Below, in pieces: positions 11,587-25,268 of a stretch of 64,000 nucleotides of DNA. This DNA is from Octopus sinensis (lineage: Eukaryota). Made by a program: the position numbers and the translations under genes. Under the pieces are notes generated by a model. That model was given only the letters and a program-made list of their open reading frames with translations. It made no database searches and had not been told where the DNA came from. The stretch lies in assembly GCF_006345805.1 (NCBI RefSeq), contig NC_043006.1, positions 16,554,001 through 16,618,000 on the forward strand. The letters run 5' to 3'. Numbering within the stretch: position 1 is the stretch's first letter; each line of letters starts with the position of its first letter.

Positions 11587-14500
11587 CTAAGGGAGGAAGT
11601 ACCAAGATGGAATAAATATTAACATACGAAATGATATAAAATAAATGGTAGACAAACGTGTAGTTGAAGAGAATGTGCTTACAGTAACATTGTTGAAAGG
11701 GTTGGTAGTGAAAAAATTAAATACAGTCTCTAGAAATTATTATTATTTAAAACATTAAGCAGTTTTTACAAAGAGAATGTTCTTGTGTTAATTTTTTTTA
11801 AAAGGTAAACCAACCACAAGAAAAGTATTTAAAAGTTTGGAATTATTAAGTAAATATTTTTCAGCGAAAATAAAACTAAATATATTTTTAATAAGAATTG
11901 TGTGAGCAAAGAAAAAAATATATATATTGCGTTATCAATGAATTCAATTATATATAATTCAATTGAAATTTTAAAAAAATTCATTAATGCTTGTAACCTA
12001 ATTTAGATCTTGTAAAGCAAATTATCTTAAGAATATGTCTACCTGAAAAACAAATGCAATAAGTAATGTATTATTAAATGAAGTAATTAAATTTTTTAAA
12101 ATAGTGTGAAGGAACACGAAACTAATTCCAATAAAATCCTGATGAGTTATGAAGGCCACAATAGTTTCAGACACATAATTTGTCAAGATCATTTGTGCTG
12201 TTTAGAACATTTGATTTCATCTAGATTGCATACATTTTGGGATTTCTCTTAGCAATATTTCTAAGTCAAGAAATATTTGGTTTTGGTTTTTTTTAACCCT
12301 CTTCAATTTTATGTGAAATACAAATGTAATTACTAAATTACTAGAATTAGTTTAAATAATAAAAATTTAATGAAAATATTTTGAATACCAATTAATTTTC
12401 AAGTTATTATGAATATACTTATAATGGTATTTTTCTTCGAGAAAGGGGTTACAATAAACTGTAATATGTGTGTATGGTGTTTCTTCATGAAAAATAAAAA
12501 CTCAAAGAAATAGATTATATGCAAAAAAAACATATTTATATATATAATAAAATCTGCATGTATTTATCATTTGCATCACAGAAAAATTTACAAGATTAAA
12601 AAGAAAATGGTATTTGAGAAATACTCGTAATGGTGAAATTTCCAAGTGAGAAAGAGTTCAAGTAGTCAAAATCTAATGAGGAGATATTGAGATAACTCAG
12701 GTGTCATAAGAAAAATATAATAATTAACTTCCATAGATAGAAACAGCAAAATGTTAGTGTACCGACCACTCAAAAAATTAGAGTGAAGATGATTATTGCT
12801 ATGTAGTAATACTAAGTACTCATGAAAAGATAAGAAAGAAGAAATCATCACCAAACTGCATCACAGACTTATGCACACCTTAAGAAAAAACTAGCAAGCA
12901 TTCTCTTTAATGTCACCAATACAAGCAGTCACTTCTCTAACTCATAACTTGGATCACAATATTCACACATGCGACAGAAAAATTACCTTACTACTTCAGC
13001 TATATCAGTTAGACCTAATCATCTGACCAACTACCTGTACATGCCATAAATTTACTTGATCAAGACTGACTGGTTTACATAATGACATCTCCTGGTAGAT
13101 ACCATCATTATTAGTTCGGCATCTTGATGTTTTTTTTAATTAACAAAAGCAGTTCAGCAGAAGTACTGAACAGATTAAAAAATATACCATTCTTTTTCGC
13201 TTCTTTCATTTTTACGACACTTCCAACATCGCTAGAAATAACTTTTCACAACAAACATTTCAAATTCTCTTTTTTGTGAAAATATAGTTTATTGGTAAAT
13301 TAAGGAGACGTATCGTCCATAAAATTTCAAAGTTACGCTGTTCTATGTAATGCCAAAAATAGTCTCTCCTCCTCTCTTCTTCAAAAATGAAGAGCAGCCG
13401 TCTTAAAAAATAGACGTAGTATTTTGAAATAAAATACAAAATCAGTCACCGAAAGAAATTACTGACACAGAAAGAATGTGAAAGCTAATTATTTCATGGA
13501 ATTCATCTCGAGGTCAATAACCAAATGATGAGGTGGGGGGGGGGAAGGTTGTGAAGGTTAACTATCAGACAATCAGATGGTTCAGGTATTTCCTAAAGTG
13601 ATTTGATGATACAAGAAGTGCAAAGGGGGGGGGGAAAGAATGGACATTGTAAGAATAGACTTACTCTGAAATTTTCTATTGATTCAGAAGAGATAGGATG
13701 CATATCTGACTTGCTACGAGTATGTTTGGCGCCCTGGAAAACAAATATACCGGAAACCTTAGAAGAAATTGCTTTGGGGGTTAGAGATGCAACGTTCTGA
13801 CTCCAAAGAAAACATCTAAAAACCATGCGTTGATCTAACATGGTAAAAAGCATTAGATACTAGAAAAAAAGTACCAATCTAGTAAGATTAGGGCTTTGTT
13901 ATAACCAACCACCAGACAATCAGACAATATTGAATTAGTAGATGAATATATTACAGCCTACATTGAAGAAATGTTACAGGCAATAAGCTACAAGAGGTTA
14001 CCTTACAATGTTAAATTTTTATAAAACATATCACGAGACATGCTCTATCAATTCTAATTAGAAATAACAACCAAGAGTAAATCCCATAAAAAAAGGCAAT
14101 CTTGTGGTTAAATGAAGCTCTAAGCTCTAGCTCAAGAAAACAGGACTTATTTAACAGCTTCAAAGTAGGCCAAAAAATACCGGAGAAAAACTAGTTTTTA
14201 GAAATACAGAGTTAGTAGCTGATATAGGAAACAAAATGTCAACAAATATTATTTTAAGCAGAGTTAAATCTTGTTAAAAAGGATGCATATCTGACTTGCA
14301 CAGAGGTTTTAAAATGATTGAGAAAATCTACATCTATAACCCCTAATAAAAATCCACATGGAAAGAAACGTGGGAATTTAAATCTATTGACAGTGAATGA
14401 AATGGTATTCAAAGAAAAAATATTTGCAGATATGCAAAGGTTGTTTTATGTTATTAGAAACTAAAGTAATATGACCCCTTCCGAAAATTTTTGTCAAGTG

Positions 14501-15959
14501 AAAGATGAAGAATTTAAATCTATTCACAGCAAACGTAAAGTATTTTTTATTCAATTATGGGAACCCCATGAGTAATTATTATTCGATTTTCATCAATATT
14601 TATGCCTTATAGTATTATCTTTGTTGAATTGAATTAATAAATTGTTCAAGTAGACAGACCATGCCAGAACTGGACGTTCAAAACTTGTGTGACTTTTCTA
14701 ATAACTTCAATTTTGTATTAAAATCACAATTGAAATCTTTATCCTAATACATAACTGGAACAATAATTTCAATGGAACAGCTTTCAGTATTGTTCAAAAG
14801 GGGAAAGAAAGGAGAGAAAAAGGGAAGGAGGTTTATGAAGAAAATGAAATTTGAAGCAGCCAGAGCTTTTTTTGCATTAAAAAGATAAAAGGCTAAAATA
14901 TGAAATAGAAGCGAAAGAGCAAATTCTTGATTGAATTTTAAAATTAAATGAAAAGTAATATGGCTAGAATAAACAGAATGAATTTAGAACTAGAGAAAAA
15001 AAAAATGCGATCAATATGTTTGAATTTGATCATAAATATTTAAAAACTTTGTTGTAGATATAAATTAATCCAGCACCGGTTTGCTGCAATTTAATACAAC
15101 CTAAATAAATATTAGTCACCAAGCAACAAAAATATTATATTATAAAGTATTAATCTATTTAGCAATACTCAAATGTTAGCACACTTCTATTTCAACTATT
15201 TGTATTGTCTTTTTTTTGCAGTGTTTTATAGAACCAACATAGGAAGCGGACACATGGGGAGCAACAATCAGCTGTTTTTCATATTTAAGCAATATTATTA
15301 TAAATCCATTGTAAACGGAATACAGATATTAAGTTTTAAATTGGGAAAAAGGTTATTGACAATAAATAAATAAATAAATTAATTAATTAAACAGTGTCAA
15401 GAAGAAATATTAAAAAACTGTAAAATAAAAACTGCCACATATTTGCAACTAGTCTACCAAAGGAAGAAGACTAACAACTACCAGAAGGAATTTGCAAGAG
15501 GTAAAGAAATGAATTTAAGTAGAAAGCAAAGGCAAAATAATATTATTCATGAAAATGTTGCCAATGTTATTAAATTTTAAAAAAGCTGACATTTTCTAAG
15601 CTGCCTACGGCACTCAGAAATGTAAAATTCCATGCTTTCAAATTTAAAGGATTTAGTCTGAGACGCAATTATTGCTTGCTTACATGGGTTTCAAACTTGA
15701 GCATTTTATGGCATGTTAATTGCCGTTATAGAAAGGACAAGACAAGAACTAAACAATTGTGCACAAAGGTTGTTTTACACTTAATTAGACTACGGCAATA
15801 TGAACGGTAGCTAAAGCAAAGACGGATATTAAGTGTAGACATTTGGTAGTAGAGAGAAGCACAAAGGAGTAAAGGAAAATTTTGGAAGTAAAAAAAAAAA
15901 AAAGAAAAAAGATAAAGTTCAGTAAGCTAAAATGGTACATATGTTATTAGGTAACTTAC

Positions 15960-16040
15960 AATGTAGTCAGCATCATGGTTTTGAATGGCTGGTGTAGAGT
16001 CAGCACGACCATGATGGCTAAGTGGAGCAGATTGAATTTG
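15960..16040 (-). CDS. STK24/STK26-like: Putative GCKIII linker exon (81 nt, phase 0/0)
   Basis: tttctcttgtag|CAA...ATT|gtaagt; open frame QIQSAPLSHHGRADSTPAIQNHDADYI; higher GC than flanks. Confidence 0.72.
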
Positions 16041-17249
16041 CTACAAGAGAAACAGCATGCGTAGATTCAGAAATACAGTATTTTTAACAGACAGAAGAAG
16101 AAAGCATAGCAAGTGAGGTACATAACAGAAAATTATATAATTAAATAGAATGTTTTTAATTGACCAAAGACATGCAACTTTGTTCAACAAATTGCCAGAG
16201 GAACATTTCAAAGAACTCGATCTTGGCTCTTTCAATGAACAAATCATAGACGAATTAGAAACACAAATTATTTTACAGAAAGTTCGTCTTATTAACGATC
16301 ATTTACCATACATAAGAGCATTTTTATTGAAGTATATTTTTTTATAGATGCAAATTTGCTTGTGAAGGATATTAAGAAAATATTCATAGTTTATTTTACC
16401 CGTCATTTATGAAAGCCCAAGGGCAGTTAAAATAAAAATAATAAAAATACGTTTACAATAAAAAAAAAAAAAAGTACTGAGCAACGCAAGTTTAGAAGTA
16501 TTAAACACACTTGAAAAATTGTACTGAAATTTAAATAGCTTTTCCAAAGACAAAAAGGTTAAAGTGTTAGTAAAACACTGTTTTAGAAATGTTAAATTTT
16601 AATCAAAATAATTCATTTGGAATTGATTACAAATATCAAATCTGAAAGACATGAACTTTCCTAATCTAGTAAATATCACAAACATAATTTCCATTAAAAA
16701 AAACAAACAAAAACAAACAAGAGAAACAATATATGATAAAGAAATAACAGCACAAAATGATTTTCCTACCTATGAAAGTAATAATATAGATAAATCAGGG
16801 AGTTGTTTATCAAGATCTGAATTACATGTAAACCCGGAGAAAACCAATGTTTTACACATGACAAAACATTAATGCCATGCCAATTGCCATAAGTATGCCA
16901 AAAACTGCATCTAACATGTAGCAATAACTGATCAGTATATCTATTGCTGCAGATATTGTGATTAATATTTTAATTTACTCAGACGCAATGAAAAAGGATA
17001 AGACAATACAATGTCAATTCAGATCATAGTTTAACTAGTGTCACCAATCATATGAAGGTAACTTTGTAAGTATACTTTTGCCACCATGAATTAATTCGAT
17101 AGAAGCTATATTATAATTATTGTATGCACACCATATTTCCTGCTATTACCCATGATGATATAAAAGTATATTTCCAAAGTTAGGTGTTATATAATAGATA
17201 ACACTAGTGAATTAATATCACTGTGACAATCGTAGTAATATATTCATTG

Positions 17250-17614
17250 GGCCCCCGTGCCGGTGACAAGCATCGCCTGGCCCCCGTTTGCCAGCTCTGT
17301 CTGGCCCCCGTGTTGGTGGCACATAAAAGCACCATCCGTTCGTGTCCGTTGCCAGCCTCGCCTGGCCCCGTGCCGGTGACACGTAAAAGCACCATCCGTT
17401 CGTGGCCGTTTGCCAGCTCTGTCTGGCACCTGTGTGGGTGGCACGTAAAAAGCACCCACTACACTCACGGAGTGGTTGGCGTTAGGAAGGGCATCCAGCC
17501 GTAGAAACACTGCCAGATCTGACTGGGCCTGATGAAGCCTTCCAGCTTCACAGACCCCAGTTGAACCGTCCAACCCATGCTAGCATGGAGAACGGACGCT
17601 AAATGATGATGATG
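17250..17614 (+). mobile_element. Family B SINE-like element with ~60-bp tandem units at its 5' side
   Basis: Repeated ggcac..aaaagcaccatccgttcgtg; ends catgctagcatgg..gatgatgatg. Confidence 0.88.
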
Positions 17615-19481
17615 AACAGTGTGTTCTAAATTTTTAAGTTAGCAAATACTGATTAATGCAGTAAAAAATAACAGACTCAGCTGACAAACAGCTTGTTCAA
17701 AGAACATCTAAGGAAAATAGTCATAACAGTAAATATTAATTATTGCAGAGCATTTTTCAGTGAACATCAACCCCTTTACAAAATATACTAGATAATCCCA
17801 GCACTACTACTAGAAGTTAGTTTGAACTCTTGTAGACTGACTGGCATTATGTGTATGTGGGAGGTGGGGACCATTTTATTTAATCCCAGTGAGGTGCATG
17901 CTTCTCTTTCTGGTTCAGATAGTTTATTTGTAAACCTTAGAACATAGGCATTACAGATCTAGATTTATTTATTTGAAATACATTTTGAGACTACAATTCT
18001 TAAGTCTATAGTATCAATTCCAAGTTGAAAGTATCATATCCAAATATATTTTTATTTATATTTCGTAAATCATATAAATCAAAGGTAAATTTAAGACATT
18101 TTGTCACATTTAGGAAAAATACATTATATGTTATTTGTCGTCACCCCGTTTAAAATCATTTCATCAACTCCAAAATTATGTCTCTTCAAAAGCAGGATTT
18201 CCAATACATCAATGACTTAAAATGGCTTTTCCACATACAGAATATATTGTGCTTATATTGATTTTTTTTGATAAATTTATCAACAATGTGATATCATAAA
18301 TAAACTGAAAGTACTTTTTATTTGTGTCAGGGAAACTGTTTGGTAGATTATATAATTTTACTGATTATGTAATTCCATATTAAAAGTCAAACCTCTATCT
18401 TTTAAAACAAAATAAAAATCATAAAACTAGAGATATTATTTCATTCAGTGTGACTGATTAAAAAAGATTATATATGAAGAATATCCCTTTGCTTTTGCTG
18501 AAGCATGAGTCAGATGCTTACACAGATATGTTTGAATATTGGAGCTGGCTGCCCTTCTTAACACCATCCACTCAACAATGAAGTGTAACTATTTTAAGTT
18601 TGAAGATACTCAAATTTAATAAGTCATATATAACGGAACGTAACTGAGATACTTTTTTCTTTTTTTTTTTGGTGGTGATGGAGGAGTTTATTATCTTTAA
18701 AATGAAATCTTTTTCTGCGGTTCTTTTCTTAGCCATTATTTCTTTCTAAGTACTAGTGGTAAAAAACCTTTTAATACATCTATCAAAAAATAGCTTTCAA
18801 ATCTTGTTATTATGTACATGTGTATGTATGTAATTCTGCCACCCTATTAAAACGTAACTTAAAATAATTGGTAAACATTAATGCTTTTAAGACAGAGAAT
18901 TTCTTAGACAAAAAATAAAGTAAAAAAATGAGAATTAATTGGATATTAATAAACAACACCAGAAAATCTAATGCATCCATGAAAAATAAATTTTATGAAC
19001 ATCTCAGCATTTGATGAGAGGTCAATATGTAAAAAGAAAAGGACTATAGAAAGTTTAGATAGATGAGTAAAGCACAGATTTATTTCCGTTACCATATGTT
19101 AACAAACAACATTAGCAATATGTTAATTAGCACTGATGAATCATTAAGAAAAGGACATTGAAGGGGATGAGCAAAAAGAAAGAAATTGTAGGATACCACA
19201 CAAACCAAACATAAAATAACTTGAAGGAAATCAACCAGTAAAGGAAGCTAAGCAATACTAAAAGAAACATTTAAAAACTAAAGCGTTTAATTATATTCTA
19301 AGTGGAACAGATTATAATCATTATGTATCAATCTAAAATTCAGCACACTGTTTGTTACATGGGCCATTTCCTGTAGAAATAGCTGTGTTTCTGGATGCTT
19401 AAAAATAGTCATACCAGCAGGAAACTAAAATGTTGACCAATTTTTGTTACTGATAATTTAAGATATATTAATCAGAAATAT

Positions 19482-19845
19482 GGCCCAGTGGTTAGGGCAG
19501 CGGACTCGCGGTCATAGGATCGCGGTTTCGATTCCCAGACCGGGCGTTGTGAGTGTTTATTGAGCGAAAACACCTAAAGCTCTACGAGGCTCCGGCAGGG
19601 ATAGTGGTGATCCCTGCTGTACTCTTTCACCACAACTTTCTCTTACTTCCTGTTTCTGTTGTACTTGTATTTCAAAGGGCCGGCCTTGTCACTCTCTGTG
19701 TCACGCTGAATATCCCCGAGAACTACGTTAAGGATACACGTGTCTGTGGAGTGCTTAGCCACTTACACGTTAATTTCACGAGCAGGCTGTTCCGTTGATT
19801 CGGATCAACCGGAACCCTCGTCGTCGTAACCGACGGAGTGCTTCC
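19482..19845 (+). mobile_element. Family E tRNA-derived SINE with 14-bp TSD
   Basis: Box A TGGCCCAGTGG, box B GGTTTCGATTCC; TTAATCAGAAATAT at 19468-19481 and 19846-19859. Confidence 0.92.
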
Positions 19846-21859
19846 TTAATCAGAAATATTGAAGAAGTGTAACAGATACAAAATAAATAAATCATTGCAA
19901 AGAAGCAAGGGAAAAAATCATATAAAAAAATAAACTGTGTGTTAGTTAAGTAATGGAATTTAGTTAAATTAGCAAATGGATAACAATATTTGTAAAGCAT
20001 CAGCACCAAATACCAGAAAACAAACGTGGAATGGTAAATAACACAATCAAACTAGACTAAAATAGAATAGAAAGTAAATCTAGTATTTGAGTTTTTGAAT
20101 GCTTTAAATACAATTAACTACAGAAAATGTTTTATTAACAAAGCCATGAAAGCTTTTTTTTTTTTTTACAAAATGTGGAATGACTTAGTTTTATTAAGTG
20201 ACTTGACTTTGTAGCATTGTTTAGGAATAAACAAGGCAAGAGAAAAAACACTGGCAGCTTTAACAAATCCAGCATGTTACAAAATAAATGGTCACAATAT
20301 CCAAATTAATATGCTTGTAATCTTTTTCTTTTTTACAGAAACTTTGATATAGGGCACTATTCTCTTCACTGAAATGATTTTTAGAAACAAAGTCACAAGT
20401 AATGTTTGCAGTCAAGCACCTCATACAACTGTATTTAAATTTCAAATTGTTTCAACTTGTTGCTTTTAATTTTATTAAATTAGCACAACCAGAACAATGT
20501 CTTCGTAAGTAAAAATAGTTAAAATAAGTGAAATTATAAATAACTTTGCACTGAAACTAAGTATGGTTACAAATACAAGGGACACATGAAAGAGAACAAC
20601 TCAGAAAGAGTTCCTAATAGGGACTCACACATTTTCTTAAACATTTTCTTAATTCTCTTCCATACATCTGTTGTATTTGTAATCAACATTTAATATCCTT
20701 TATATTCAGTTCTAGAGGTTCATTTTAATTGCATAATTAAACTACTAAAATTTAGTTAACTTATGAGAGTAAACGATAAATCTAAAAAGAGAAAAAATTT
20801 AAATACAAAAAAATGTCATGAAAGACATATAGAACACTTTTAATAAATTTAAAACTTAATGAAATTAAGTTGTAAAATTCCTAGATATTCTAACAACACA
20901 CACGCACATGTATATATATATACACATAAATAGAATAAGGTACCCAAAAGTAGAATTTGGGGAAGATTAGAAATTGTTGGTAAAAAAGATAAAGAGGCAA
21001 AAATTAATGTTTTATAAGCTTTTTGAAGGAATAAGCTAAAAGCTTTGTTGGTATTAGTAAAATGCTAAATAACTCACAACATCTCCATTTTTAGGTACAA
21101 GAACTGGGGACTCTTTCTGTACATAAGGACCAAAAATATATATTCAGAACAGCAAATAAAACCAAAAAACATCATTGCACTAATATCATGCAATGAAGAA
21201 AAAAAAAAGTCCAAGGTGGATGAAATAAAAATATTTGAGGTAAATAAAAATATGTATTATTATTACTAACACAAAAAATCATCCTTCTTTATCCTGGATA
21301 TATATACATTCATTCATTTTTATGTTTTCCATGTTAGACGCATGCTTTACAGCTGGATGCCCTTCATGCCACAAACACCTAGGGAACTCTCTCTCTCTCT
21401 CATATGTGTGTGTGTGTATATTACCACCTACTGCCTTTTGCTCCATGTTTCACTCCTATTCTCCTCATCTTTTCCCATACTGAGACACACCATTGCCCAC
21501 ACCAACATTCATGTTTACCATTCAGTTTTCACTCCTGTCCTCATCTCTTGCCATCTGTTACTCCCCTTTTATATTTTGCAAACCTAAGTACATATCCACC
21601 CAGTCATACTTAATGCTCTGCCCCCTCTTCTCTTTCAAGCTACCTTCTGGTATCTTGAGGAAAGGCCTTGATACCTCATCTCTACCATCCTTTCTCATTT
21701 TTCTGCAGGAATAGCCATGAATCTCCTCTACAGCAAGACATGTGTTACTGTTCCTCTTTCACACTTTAAACTCTCAACACTGGATGCAAAGCCACCTCCC
21801 TCAATACTGCATCCCACTCAGTCAAGGGATCTTGTCTTACGAGTTACTAGATGACCTCA

Positions 21860-22052
21860 ATAGTGCTGGTGCCACAAGAAAAGCACCCAGTATATTCTGT
21901 AAAGGAAGTTGGCATTGGGAAGGGTATCCAGGTGTAGAAACCTTACCAAGGCAGACATTGGAGACTAATGCAGCTGTCAGGCTAGTCAGATCCTGATGCA
22001 CTGTCCAACCCATGCTAGCATCGAATATGAACATTAAATGATGATGATGATG
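21860..22052 (+). mobile_element. Family B SINE-like element (diverged)
   Basis: aaaagcaccc..ttggcattgggaagggtatccag..ccaacccatgctagcat..(GAT)n. Confidence 0.75.
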
Positions 22053-22663
22053 AGAATGATCCACACATACTGCTTAAGATTACAAATTAATGAAATGCTA
22101 TAGAAGAAAAAATAAACTCAATTTACTATAAATATTGATTTCAAAAAGGCTTTGTCTCATTTGACAGCCTAAGAAATTGGTTGGTGAAGCCCATATGTGA
22201 GATAGATAGATAGATAGACAAAGGTGGATCAAACTAAGTTCTCAAAGGTATTTTTGAAACATTAGCACAAGATAACCATTACAAGAAAACCCTGATAGTA
22301 CACGAAACGAGACAACAATAACAAAATTCCATATAGATATACATGTCCATATTAAAACTCAAGAGTTTCTCAGCACATCAAATCACCATATAGAGATTAA
22401 AAACATCACTACAGCTTGTGAGAGAGATAAAAGGATATGCTACTAAATTAAATTTGATAAACGTCTATGCTTGTATCAGATATGTATGTGTACACGGATA
22501 TATACAGGATGAGTCAATTAACTGACTGGATTCAAATAGTTGAAAATATTAGACAATTACTCCAACACATGTGCCACGTAGTCAGACTGAACCTGAAACT
22601 ATGAGGCTGGGAAGCAAATTTTAACCAAATAGCCACATATATACATATGTATAAGTGTGTGTG

Positions 22664-22721
<58 letters not shown>

Positions 22722-23374
22722 ATGTATACACATATACATACATACATATGGGCTCTGAGTTTCTGTCTGCCAAATCCACTCAAAGCTTTGGTCACCCTGT
22801 GATGTGATATCATGATAAAATTGACATAGCAACATAAGTAATGAACTAAATTAACCTATCTTTTTAGTTACCATTTTTAGAGAGTTTTTTTTCTTTTTGT
22901 TTTAAATAACATTAATACATCTGATATTTTACAACTTCGCCTTCATAAAAGCAATCAACCACGAAATACTGAAAGAGCTGTAAAGTACACACCCAACTGC
23001 TATTGAAAGTAAAGTGAGTGACTAAGAAACAGAGTGGTTTAATAGTTAAAAAAAGAAGAGGAAGAATGGTAAGATCATGCTGTGTAAGTATGTGATACTA
23101 ATCACTGTCCATACCAATAACTTCAACTGTCCAAGTACAAACATGACATTTATTCAGTGGTGAACAATTTGGTGGGGTAACATATACCTAGAAATAAACT
23201 ACTTGACCTAAAACTGGAAACTGTTCTTGTTTGTTTGTTTGTTAAGTTACAGGTGACAGAAACACAAAATGTAATATCAAGAGCATCTAAATGTCATTTG
23301 TTGATAATGAAAAACTGTAACTGGGAAGGAAGTTCATTTAACCTCCTCACAAAACGTGATGACAATCTTCTTAA

Positions 23375-23594
23375 CCCTTTTGTTACCGTATTTATTTTGA
23401 GATGCTCTGTGTTTCTCTCAATTATTTTAAATATAACAAAGAATTTATCAAAATAACTTAGTTATCATTAAGCTAGTGTTAGGAACGTAAATTGTGACTG
23501 AGGTTTGGTGGAAGATTTTAATTCAAAACTTATGAAAACAAGACATTCGTAGTCAGAACCAGGGCCGGTTTCAGCCAGGTGGGTAACGAAAGAG
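23375..23594. mobile_element. piggyBac-type MITE with TTAA TSDs
   Basis: TTAA|CCCTTTTGTTACC ... GGTAACGAAAGAG|TTAA; close copy at 32688-32907. Confidence 0.85.
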
Positions 23595-23983
23595 TTAAAG
23601 AGTGAATCAGCTCAGAAGAAGTAAAAACTAAAACCAGTCATTTGACAAAGAGCAAAACAATAAGGTGAGAATAAAAGGGAAGAAACTACTAAGAAAAGTA
23701 AATAAGTTTTCCATGTGGCAGTCTTTTACAAATCTGATCAAACAGCTAAGGTATACAGGTGATACTAAACTTGTATTCCCCAAACCAATTTAATTAAATA
23801 AATCCTATATAAGAAGTAAAGAAGATATCCAGAATTATTGGAATAATATCGAAAGCAGAAGTGTAGACTGATGATGATGATGATGATGAAATTTCTGTGA
23901 GACTTGCCTTGAAACAACTTCACTATGGTGAAGGCAAACTGTTAATCAGAAGAATTTCTTTTAATAAGTGTTTATTTACAAAC

Positions 23984-24092
23984 CTTTGAGTCTGTGGCTT
24001 TTAATGCATTGGCTCCATCTCCGTTCTTAGGATCACAAGACCTTCGGGTCATTATCCAATCATCATTCCAATGTTCATTTTCAATATCAGAA
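23984..24092 (-). CDS. STK24/STK26-like: GCKIII linker exon (109 nt)
   Basis: atttctag|T TCT...AAG|gtttgt; phase 2 matches the previous exon (GA+T=D); DSDIENEHWNDDWIMTRRSCDPKNGDGANALKATDSK; DWIMT aligns with DWIFT of MST3. Confidence 0.88.
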
Positions 24093-24245
24093 CTAGAAAT
24101 AAAAAAAAAATATTCATTCGATTTGATACTAACAGTTTTGAAAGTAACTATTATCAAATAGTACAAATTTAACTAAAATTTAACTTAATAGGTCAAATAA
24201 GGCATATTAACAAATAAATTTAGACACAAACAAAAAAGTTATATA

Positions 24246-24465
24246 TTTCTTTACTACCCACAAGGGGCTAAACACAGAGGGGACAGACAAAGGGATTAAG
24301 TCGACTACATCGACCCCAGTGCGTAACTGGTACTTAATTTATCGACCCCGAAAGGATGAAAGGCAAAGTCGACCTCGGCGGAATTTGAACTCGGAACGTA
24401 ACGACAGACGAAATACGGCTACGAATTTCGCCCGGCATGCTAACGTTTCTACCAGCTCGCCGCCT
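24246..24465 (-). mobile_element. Family D SINE
   Basis: gaaaggatgaaaggcaaagtcgacctcggcggaatttgaactc..agctcgccgcc. Confidence 0.9.
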
Positions 24466-24582
24466 TGACAAGATATAAATATCATATATGATTATCAGGA
24501 CTAGGAATGTCAAAAGCACCCTTTTTCCATACAGATGGCATTACAAAGTCAGGTTACTTAAGAAAACCCACAGAATAATAAA

Positions 24583-24872
24583 AACACCCACTACACTCTT
24601 GGAGTGGTTGGCATTAGGAAGGGCATCAGGCTGTAGAAACCTTGCCAAATCAGATTGGAGCCTGATGCAGCCTCCTGGCTTGCCAGTCCTCAGTCAAATT
24701 GACCAACCCATGCCAGCATAGAAAGCAGACATACATATATATATAACACTTGCTTGGAAACAAGAGAGAATTGGTGACAGGAAGGCTATCCAAGTGTAGA
24801 AAATATGTGTCAACAAGTTGTATCTGACCCATGCAAGCATGGAAAAGTGAATACTAAACAATGATGATGATG
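24583..24872 (+). mobile_element. Family B SINE segment followed by a related (GAT)n-tailed SINE segment
   Basis: cacccactacactc..ggcattaggaagggcatc; then cttggaaac..ggtgacaggaagg..catggaaaagtg..gatgatgat. Confidence 0.75.
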
Positions 24873-25171
24873 GTCCATATACAAACACACTTATATATAC
24901 ACACTCACACACAGGTTCCAACTGTCAAACTTGCCAGATTAATTATAAATGGCTGTAAAACCAGTGACTTCTCAAAATCAATTACTGATTCACTACACTT
25001 AATAATTTCTCCTTGTTTGCAAGTTTTTCAAAAGATTTTAATTAATTCATTCTTTCCATACATTAATTATACAAACTTTAGCCATTTCTCCCTTTAGTCC
25101 TTGTATCCAAATGCCATACCTCTAACCTAAGTTTCATATGGTTTGTGCACTCAAGCATATATGATTACACA

Positions 25172-25174
<3 letters not shown>

Positions 25175-25255
<81 letters not shown>

Positions 25256-25268
25256 ACACACACACACA
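25175..25268. repeat. Compound microsatellite (TA)n(GA)n(CA)n
   Basis: Directly visible. Confidence 0.95.

Noticed and set aside
13696-13709. 14-nt identity GGATGCATATCTGA with the kinase exon at 28801
   Set aside because: The match does not extend; compatible with chance.
19482-19545. tRNA-like heads at 19482, 39336, 1217 and 53951 as tRNA genes
   Set aside because: No complete acceptor stem; they run into SINE bodies, two of them with clear TSDs.
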